64,000 nt of DNA from Gemmatimonadales bacterium. Its GTDB lineage: Bacteria; Gemmatimonadota; Gemmatimonadetes; Gemmatimonadales; GWC2-71-9. The position numbers and the translations under genes are program-made. The DNA is taken from the NCBI GenBank assembly GCA_036265815.1, contig DATAOI010000102.1:45194-109193 (forward strand), in the 5' to 3' direction. The notes under the pieces were generated by a model, which saw only the letters and a list, made by a program, of their open reading frames with translations, was not told the DNA's origin and searched no databases. This document shows, in pieces, positions 57,925 through 64,000 of this stretch (position 1 is its first letter; each line of letters opens with the position of its first letter).

Positions 57925-58332
57925 GTGGATGGCATGGTGACACGCTGGTTGTGGGTGGCTCTGGCGGCCGGCGGGTTCGTCGCGGGACACGCGTGGCCCC
58001 GGCCGGAGCCGGATGGCCACTGGATCGCCAGGAACGGAGAGGATTGGCGGCGGCTGGCACCGGCGGCCCAGGTCGCCTACACGGAGGGGTTCCTCGCCGG
58101 CTCCGCCTTGGGTCAGGCGGCGGCAGTGTCCGCGGATTCCGCGGGGCTCGACCGAACCATCCGGGACCTGCGGCGCCAAGGCCGCTTCCGTTTGCCGTTC
58201 GGCGCCAATGTCTACCGGAGCCGGCTCAACGACTACTACTGGTGGGAGAACCATCGGGTGCTCCCCCTGTGGTACGCATTCTGGGAGGTGAACGCATCGC
58301 TCACTCGTCAGACGACTGATTCCGCGCCCTGA
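57925..58332 (+). CDS. Hypothetical exported Trp/Tyr-rich protein
   Basis: 135 aa (ATG 57934 is an alternative start). Signal-like WLWVALAAGGFVAGHA. C-terminal NDYYWWENHRVLPLWYAFWEV. No family recognised. Confidence 0.5.
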   Translation: MDGMVTRWLWVALAAGGFVAGHAWPRPEPDGHWIARNGEDWRRLAPAAQVAYTEGFLAGSALGQAAAVSADSAGLDRTIRDLRRQGRFRLPFGANVYRSRLNDYYWWENHRVLPLWYAFWEVNASLTRQTTDSAP

Positions 58333-58418
58333 ACGCGCGGTCCGAATGCTGGTGCAGGTATTTGTCCCGAAGTTTGGCTGTCGTTGGCGGTCATCCTTAC
58401 TCTGAGGGAGAAGCACCT

Positions 58419-59621
58419 ATGAAGCGAGTCGCACTGTTGTGCTTGGGCCTGGCGTTGGGGGCGGCGAATGCCGCCGAAGCCCAGCTCACGATGCAAATGA
58501 GCAACGGCTGGAGCTTCACCTTCGCCGGCAACGTGAACGCGTTCATGATTTACCAGACCAGCAAGAATGCGGCTGGGACCACGACCGGAAAGGACTTCAG
58601 CTTCGGCACCGGCCTGCTCCCCGCCTTCGCGGTGCTCGACGCGAAGGGCAAGGAGGAGAACCTCGATCTCGGCGTGCACTTCGGCTTCGCGCCGCAGATA
58701 GAGACCGGTGGCCATTACGCCAGCTTCTTCGGCAATCAGGCGGCTGGCGCGCAGATCGACATGCGCCAGGTGTACCTGACCGCCGGCGGCACCTGGGGCT
58801 CGCTGCTCATCGGTAAGGAGCTGGGCCTGTACCAGCGCGGCAACATCCTCACCGACATGACGCTGCTCGGCGTGGGCGTGAGCGGTGGTGGCCGCGGCAC
58901 CGCCCTGGGCCGGATCGGCTACGGATACCTGTACACCGACTTCCGTCCCCAGTTGACCTACAGCTCACCCAGCGGTCGGCCGACCTCGATCAGCATCGGC
59001 CTCTTCGAGGGCATCGCCTCCGCCCCGTATGAGACCATCGAGCTGCCCCGGGTCGAGGCGGAGTTCACCTACAACTCCAAGTTCGGCGAGAACAGCAACG
59101 TCAAGTTCTTCCTGAATGGAGCCGCGCAAACGGCCAAGTCGGGTGCCACTGGTCCCACCGAGAGCCTCAGCTCTGCGGGTGGCGGCGCCGGCCTCACGAT
59201 CGACGTCTCCGGCTTCGCGATCACCGGCTCCGGCTTCTTCGCCAAGGGCATGGGCTCGCTCTTCATGGGTGACGCGTTCGCCGGCACCTCTCGCGCCAAT
59301 AGCGACGGGGTGGACGTTGCGGGCGACGGCCGGAATTCGTTCGGTTACATCGGCCAGATCGTCTATAACTCGCCCAACAGCAAGGTCGGGATCGGCGGCA
59401 GTTTCGGCGAGAACCACCTGAAGCGGACCGACGCCGACAAGGCTGCTGACGGCACCGACTCGGAGATCCTGAAGCGTCGGGCCATCGTCGGCCAGATCAC
59501 CTACCACTGGAGCAAGTCGCTGCGGTGGGTCGCCGAGTACGGCCACATCGACGGCTACGGCGATGGCGTGAAGACCTCCAAGGGGGATCAGGGCTCGCTC
59601 GGCATGATGCTGTTCTTCTAA
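58419..59621 (+). CDS. Outer-membrane beta-barrel porin
   Basis: ATG 58419 is preceded by GAGGGAGAAG, inside track ORF 58362..59621. Signal MKRVALLCLGLALGAANAAEA. Alternating amphipathic strands. Terminal GSLGMMLFF (C-terminal Phe). Confidence 0.75.
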   Translation: MKRVALLCLGLALGAANAAEAQLTMQMSNGWSFTFAGNVNAFMIYQTSKNAAGTTTGKDFSFGTGLLPAFAVLDAKGKEENLDLGVHFGFAPQIETGGHYASFFGNQAAGAQIDMRQVYLTAGGTWGSLLIGKELGLYQRGNILTDMTLLGVGVSGGGRGTALGRIGYGYLYTDFRPQLTYSSPSGRPTSISIGLFEGIASAPYETIELPRVEAEFTYNSKFGENSNVKFFLNGAAQTAKSGATGPTESLSSAGGGAGLTIDVSGFAITGSGFFAKGMGSLFMGDAFAGTSRANSDGVDVAGDGRNSFGYIGQIVYNSPNSKVGIGGSFGENHLKRTDADKAADGTDSEILKRRAIVGQITYHWSKSLRWVAEYGHIDGYGDGVKTSKGDQGSLGMMLFF

Positions 59622-59641
59622 ATTCAACCGTCGTTGCACTG

Positions 59642-59680
59642 GAGCGGCCGTTCCGCGAGGGACGGCCGCTCTCTTTTCTC
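59642..59680 (+). terminator. Rho-independent terminator after the porin gene
   Basis: GAGCGGCCGT tccgcgaggg ACGGCCGCTC is a perfect 10-bp stem, followed by TCTTTTCTC. Confidence 0.75.
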
Positions 59681-59764
59681 CCCCACAGCCCTGTCATCCG
59701 CCGCGCCCGTTCATCGGCGCTGTTAGATTGCCTTCAACCCTCACCCCTGCGGAGACCCGCCACG

Positions 59765-60181
59765 ATGCGCTCGCACCCGATCCTCGGTATGCTCTTCCTG
59801 CTGAGCGCCTGCGGCGCCGCATTTGCCACCACGATGACGGCGTCGCCATCGGCAAGCCCGGCCGACGCCATCGCCTGCGTGCGCGACCAACTCCGCCCCA
59901 TCCACTACCAGCAGACCTCGTTCGACCAGGACAACTTCCGGGTCACCGCGCGCAAGATCGACAACAGCGTCCACCGGGCCGACCCGCAGTATCGCCGGAA
60001 CATCGACCGGCTGGAGGTCCAGGCCGCACCTACTGCGGATGGCAAGACCTCGCTCAGCATCGTCGGCCGGAGCTTCGCGGAGTTCGAGACCCAGCGCGGC
60101 CCCACCGAGGAGGAGCAGCGGGCGTCCGCCGGCGTGAAGGAGAGCGCGAAAGCCATCCTCGACGCTTGCGGGAAGTCCTGA
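59765..60181 (+). CDS. Hypothetical lipoprotein
   Basis: ATG 59765 in track ORF 59525..60181. Lipobox MRSHPILGMLFLLSAC. 138 aa. No family recognised. Confidence 0.6.
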   Translation: MRSHPILGMLFLLSACGAAFATTMTASPSASPADAIACVRDQLRPIHYQQTSFDQDNFRVTARKIDNSVHRADPQYRRNIDRLEVQAAPTADGKTSLSIVGRSFAEFETQRGPTEEEQRASAGVKESAKAILDACGKS

Positions 60182-60260
60182 GCGGCGGTGGCTTCGCCTT
60201 CCGGAGGCGACTAGCTTTCCCGATGCATGAACTCGAATCATATGCCTCGGGAGCATCGCG

Positions 60261-61193
60261 GTGGCGGTCCCACTCGTACAACTGACGCGCTCGCCCGCCG
60301 CTGACCCGCGGGCGCACGGCGTACCGGCGCGGAAGCCTGCCTGGCTCAAGGTGCGGGCTCCCGGCGGGCCCAGCTACGCGCATATCAAGAGCACCATGCG
60401 CGAGCTGGGGCTGCACACGGTCTGCGAGGAGGCGCGCTGCCCCAACATCGGGGAGTGCTGGGAGCACAAGGCCGCCACCTTCATGATCCTGGGCGACGTG
60501 TGCACCCGCAACTGCGCCTACTGTGCGGTGGCCCACGGCACCCCGTTGGCCTACGACCCGTTGGAGCCGGTGCGCCTGGCCGAGGCAGTCGAGCGGATGG
60601 GGCTCGAGCACGTCGTGATCACCTCGGTGGACCGGGACGATCTGCCCAACGGTGGGGCCGAGGCCTTCGCCGGGTGCATCACGGCCATCCGCCAACGCCT
60701 CCCGGACACCTCGGTCGAGGTCCTCATTCCCGACTTCAAGGGCTCCGAGCGCGCGCTCCGGCTGGTCATGGACGCCCGGCCCGACATCCTCAACCACAAC
60801 CTCGAGACGGCCGAGCGACTCTACCGGCTGGCGCGTCCAGGCGGGCGCTACGATCGTGCCCTCCGGCTCCTGGCCAACGCCAGGGCGATGGACCCGGACG
60901 GGCTCACCAAGTCGGGCATGATCCTGGGCATGGGCGAGGAGTGGGACGAGATCCTGGTGGCGATGCGCGACTTGAGACGGAGCGACGTCAACATCCTGAC
61001 CCTGGGGCAGTATCTCCGCCCGTCGGACGGACACCTCCCGGTGGCCCGCTACTACACCCCCGACGAGTTTGCCGAGTTGCGTGAGCTCGGCCGCCGGATG
61101 GGGTTCTCCCACGTGGAGGCGAGCCCGCTCACCCGGTCGTCGTATCACGCATGGGACCAGGCCAAGGCCGCCGTCTCCCGGCGAGTCGACTGA
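60261..61193 (+). CDS. lipA: Lipoyl synthase
   Basis: CEEARCPNIGEC (auxiliary cluster) and radical-SAM CTRNCAYC. Also ITSVDRDDL and SGMILGMGE. The GTG 60261 start is uncertain by a few codons. Confidence 0.92.
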   Translation: MAVPLVQLTRSPAADPRAHGVPARKPAWLKVRAPGGPSYAHIKSTMRELGLHTVCEEARCPNIGECWEHKAATFMILGDVCTRNCAYCAVAHGTPLAYDPLEPVRLAEAVERMGLEHVVITSVDRDDLPNGGAEAFAGCITAIRQRLPDTSVEVLIPDFKGSERALRLVMDARPDILNHNLETAERLYRLARPGGRYDRALRLLANARAMDPDGLTKSGMILGMGEEWDEILVAMRDLRRSDVNILTLGQYLRPSDGHLPVARYYTPDEFAELRELGRRMGFSHVEASPLTRSSYHAWDQAKAAVSRRVD

Positions 61194-62248
61194 TGGCGGA
61201 ATCCACCGTGGCGCGCACCCGAGCCAAACGCCGAGGCATCGATCCGGCCCGCGCCGACGAGTATCGCGGCTGGCTCAGGCAGATGATCCTGATCCGCCGC
61301 TTCGAGGAGAAGGCCGGTGAGGCTTATAGCCTGGGCAAGATCGGCGGCTTCTGCCATCTGTACATCGGGCAGGAGGCGGTGGCCGTCGGGAGCCTGGCCA
61401 CGCTGGGGCCGGACGACTACATCACCTGCTCCTACCGGGAGCACGGACACGCCCTGGCCCGCGGCATCCCGACGCGGGCGGTCATGGCCGAGCTCTTCGG
61501 CAAGGCGGCGGGCTGCTCGGCGGGCAAGGGCGGCTCGATGCACCTGTTCGATGCCTCGCTCGGTTTTCTGGGCGGCCACGCGATCGTAGGCGGTCACATC
61601 CCGCTCAGCACCGGCATGGCCTTCGCCGCTAAGTACCGCAACACCAACCAGGTCGCCGTCTGCTACTTCGGCGAGGCTGCGGTCAATAACGGCGCCTTTC
61701 ACGAGGCGCTCAACATGGCCGCGCTGTGGAAGCTGCCCGCCGTCTACATCTGCGAGAACAATCGCTACGGGATGGGCACCGCGCTGGAGCGGGCCAGCGC
61801 CATCTACGACATCTCCGAGCGGGCCTGCTCCTACGACATGGCCAACGAGGTGGTGGACGGACAGGACGTGCTGGTGATGCACGCTGCCATGGATCGCGCG
61901 GTCCAGCGCGCCCGGAACGACAAGCACCCTACCCTGCTGGAGGTCCGGACCTACCGGTTCATGGGCCACTCGATGTCCGATCCGATCCACGGCCACTATC
62001 GCACGCGGGAGGAGGTCGAAGACCAGCGGAAGCGCGACCCGATCGCCGTCTGGTCCCAGCGCCTCATCGCGGAGGGCCTGTTGGACGAGCCCGGGCTCAA
62101 GGCGCTCAACAAGGAGGTCGTAGACGAGGTGGAGGACGCCTACCAGTTCGCCGAGCAGGCACCCGACCCGGCACCGGAAGAGCTCTACACCCACGTGTAC
62201 GCCGGCTCCTCTCCCGCCGATCCGGCCGGGCCTTCCCGACCCGCCTGA
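61193..62248 (+). CDS. pdhA: Pyruvate dehydrogenase E1 component, alpha subunit
   Basis: ATG 61193 overlaps the lipA TGA (TGATG). Reads IRRFEEKAGEAYSLGKIGGFCHLYIGQEA and the ThDP region YFGEAAVNNGAFHEALNMAALWKLPAVYICENNRYGMGT. Track ORF 61151..62248. Confidence 0.92.
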   Translation: MAESTVARTRAKRRGIDPARADEYRGWLRQMILIRRFEEKAGEAYSLGKIGGFCHLYIGQEAVAVGSLATLGPDDYITCSYREHGHALARGIPTRAVMAELFGKAAGCSAGKGGSMHLFDASLGFLGGHAIVGGHIPLSTGMAFAAKYRNTNQVAVCYFGEAAVNNGAFHEALNMAALWKLPAVYICENNRYGMGTALERASAIYDISERACSYDMANEVVDGQDVLVMHAAMDRAVQRARNDKHPTLLEVRTYRFMGHSMSDPIHGHYRTREEVEDQRKRDPIAVWSQRLIAEGLLDEPGLKALNKEVVDEVEDAYQFAEQAPDPAPEELYTHVYAGSSPADPAGPSRPA

Positions 62249-63228
62249 TGCCCACACTCACCTACCGCGACGCCCTCAACCAGGCGCTCCGCGAGGAGAT
62301 GCAGCGGGACCCCGACGTCTTCCTGATGGGTGAAGAGGTGGGCGTCTACCAGGGTGCCTACAAGGTGAGCCGCGGCCTGCTGGACGAGTTCGGGCCCATG
62401 CGGGTGGTGGACACGCCGATCACCGAGCTGGGCTTCGCCGGCGTTGGTGTGGGGGCCGCGATGGTGGGCCTCCGGCCGGTGATCGAGTTCATGACCTGGA
62501 ACTTCGCGCTGCTGGCCATCGACCAGCTGGTCAATTCGGCGGCCAAGATGCGCTACATGTCGGGCGGCCAGATCGGTGTGCCGGCGGTGTTCCGTGGACC
62601 CGGCGGATCGGCCCTCCAGCTCGGCGCGCAGCACTCGCAGGCGTTCGAGAGCTGGTACGCCCACATCCCCGGCCTCAAGGTGGTCATGCCCGCCACGCCG
62701 GCCGATGCCAAAGGACTGCTCAAAAGCGCCATCCGGGACGACGATCCGGTCGTCTTCATCGAGGGCGAGATGCTCTACAACCTGAAGGGTGAGGTGCCCG
62801 AGGGCGAGCACGTCATTCCGCTGGGGAAGGCCGACGTGAAGCGGCCCGGTAAGGACGTGACGATCGTCTGCCACTCGAAGACGGTGGCCGTGGCCCTCAA
62901 GGCGGCCGAGCAGCTCGCCGCCGACGGCGTGGACGCCGAGGTGATCGACCTCCGCACCATCCGCCCCCTCGACCAGGAGGCCGTCCTCGGCTCGGTGGTC
63001 CGGACCCATCGCTGCGTGGTGGCGGAGGAGGGATGGCCTTTCGCCGGCGTCGGCGCCCAGGTGGCCGACACCATCCAGCGGGAGGCGTTCGACGAACTGG
63101 ACGCTCCGGTCCTCCGGGTCACCGGCGCCGACGTCCCGATGCCCTACAACAAGCAGCTCGAGAAGGCCGCCAAGGTCGATCCCGCCCGGGTGATCGCCGC
63201 GGTCGACTCGGTGCTCTATCGCGACTGA
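62248..63228 (+). CDS. pdhB: Pyruvate dehydrogenase E1 component, beta subunit
   Basis: ATG 62248 overlaps the pdhA TGA. Reads MPTLTYRDALNQALREEMQRDPDVFLMGEEVGVYQGAYKVSRGL...VVDTPITE. In frame in track ORF 61726..63228. Confidence 0.92.
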   Translation: MPTLTYRDALNQALREEMQRDPDVFLMGEEVGVYQGAYKVSRGLLDEFGPMRVVDTPITELGFAGVGVGAAMVGLRPVIEFMTWNFALLAIDQLVNSAAKMRYMSGGQIGVPAVFRGPGGSALQLGAQHSQAFESWYAHIPGLKVVMPATPADAKGLLKSAIRDDDPVVFIEGEMLYNLKGEVPEGEHVIPLGKADVKRPGKDVTIVCHSKTVAVALKAAEQLAADGVDAEVIDLRTIRPLDQEAVLGSVVRTHRCVVAEEGWPFAGVGAQVADTIQREAFDELDAPVLRVTGADVPMPYNKQLEKAAKVDPARVIAAVDSVLYRD

Positions 63229-63231
63229 CGC

Positions 63232-64000
63232 ATGGCTACCAAGGTCGTCATGGAGGCGCTCTCCCCCACCATGGAGGAAGGGCGCCTCGTCGAGTGGAAG
63301 AAGGGCGAAGGCGAGCCGGTGGCCGTCGGCGACGTACTGGCCGAGGTGGAGACCGACAAGGCGGTGATGGAGCTGGTGGCCCGGGCCGGCGGCACCCTGC
63401 TCAAGCAGGTGGTGGCAGCCGGAGCCACGGTGCCGGTCTCCCAGCTCGTGGCGCTGATCGGGGAGGCGGGCGAAGCGGTCGAGAACGGAGCCGCGCCTCC
63501 GAAAGAGGAGGAGGCCCAGGCCACCCAGCCGACGCCGGACAGAAACCGACCGGTCTCGACGCCGCCGGCGCCGCCGGCGCAGGCGGCCGCGGCCGCACCC
63601 GCTCGCGAGGTCACTGGAAGGGTCAAGGCGTCGCCCCTCGCACGGAGGCTTGCCGCGGAGCGGGGCATCGAGCTCGGCGCCATTCGGGGATCGGGGCCGG
63701 AGGGACGGGTCGTAGTCCGTGACCTGGAGGGTGCCTCTGCGCAGCGCGCGGCGGTTGCGCCAGCGCCCGCTCCGGCTGCTCGAGCCGCCGCGCCTTCGCC
63801 ACGCCCGGTGATGCCTGCGCCGGGCGGGCCACCGTACACCGACGTCCCGCTGAGCCAGATCCGGAAGACGATCGCCAAACGGCTGGTCCAGTCGATCGGT
63901 CCGATCCCTACCTTCTACCTCACGACCGAGGTGGACATGGAGCGTGCCTGGGATGCGCGCGAGGCGCTCAAGGCACTGGGGGAAGGGCCCAAGGTGTCGT
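63232..64000 (+). CDS. Dihydrolipoamide acetyltransferase (E2). The 3' end runs off the window.
   Basis: Not in the track because there is no stop. ATG 63232 gives MATKVVMEALSPTMEEGRLVEWKKGEGEPVAVGDVLAEVETDKAVMEL (lipoyl-lysine DKA), an Ala/Pro linker, then E1/E3-binding ASPLARRLAAERGIELGAIRGSGPEGRV. Confidence 0.9.
   Translation, partial: MATKVVMEALSPTMEEGRLVEWKKGEGEPVAVGDVLAEVETDKAVMELVARAGGTLLKQVVAAGATVPVSQLVALIGEAGEAVENGAAPPKEEEAQATQPTPDRNRPVSTPPAPPAQAAAAAPAREVTGRVKASPLARRLAAERGIELGAIRGSGPEGRVVVRDLEGASAQRAAVAPAPAPAARAAAPSPRPVMPAPGGPPYTDVPLSQIRKTIAKRLVQSIGPIPTFYLTTEVDMERAWDAREALKALGEGPKVS

Overview
The window is a very GC-rich, gene-dense chromosomal segment. I read about 60 protein genes, and many are joined by ATGA, GTGA or TGATG stop/start overlaps. 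I found no rRNA, tRNA, CRISPR array, transposase or integrase. Acidobacterial-type duplicated orphan permeases (ADOP family) and weak Shine-Dalgarno use suggest Gemmatimonadota or Acidobacteriota. That placement is inference only.

All family calls come from motifs I recognised by eye in the supplied translations. No searches were run. Where the longest ORF looked over-extended, I moved the start using third-codon-position GC (GC3), paralogue N-termini, ribosome-binding sites and neighbouring stop codons.

Content from left to right:
1. 1-14.8 kb, minus strand: one long MacAB-like efflux operon. It encodes 1 membrane-fusion adaptor, 2 ATPases and at least 5 tandem ADOP permeases, and it continues off the left edge.
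2. 15-19 kb: a redox/stress cluster with a TrxR-like flavoprotein, two SRPBCC paralogues, an SDR and a small acidic protein.
3. 19034-19085: a 13-bp direct repeat in three copies, in a divergent promoter region.
4. 19.2-23.2 kb: a tightly packed unit of half-size TSUP, PEBP, a degenerate Cu/Zn-SOD-like lipoprotein, and the exonuclease and ATP ligase of the ligase-associated DNA-damage-response (DDR) set.
5. 23.2-27.6 kb: four genes that separate those from the DDR helicase and PdeM. They encode a free-amino-acid 2OG dioxygenase, a PLP decarboxylase, a MocR regulator and a Zn-ribbon MBL hydrolase.
6. 31-38 kb: assorted housekeeping and accessory genes.
7. 38.9-44.5 kb: a soluble hybrid histidine kinase translationally coupled to GT4, GT2, DUF3108 and an unknown gene.
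8. 46.2-53.6 kb: a module of unknown function. It comprises a split DUF4331 pair, a TPR protein, HupE/UreJ and a DUF6702-like protein, followed by an ECF sigma, an anti-sigma and a DUF1684-thioredoxin fusion.
9. 53.6-59.7 kb: a periplasmic alcohol-oxidation module. It has a cupredoxin lipoprotein without the axial Met, an OFA transporter with an untracked 45-aa membrane ORF, a PQQ dehydrogenase carrying the lanthanide-type D-x-D signature, an orphan protein and a porin.
10. 60.3-64 kb: lipA and pdhA-pdhB-E2, with E2 running off the right edge.

The best candidates for an undescribed system are the DUF4331/HupE module, possibly linked to the lanthanide-type dehydrogenase, the multi-permease ADOP pump, and the hydroxylase-decarboxylase insert inside the DDR gene set.
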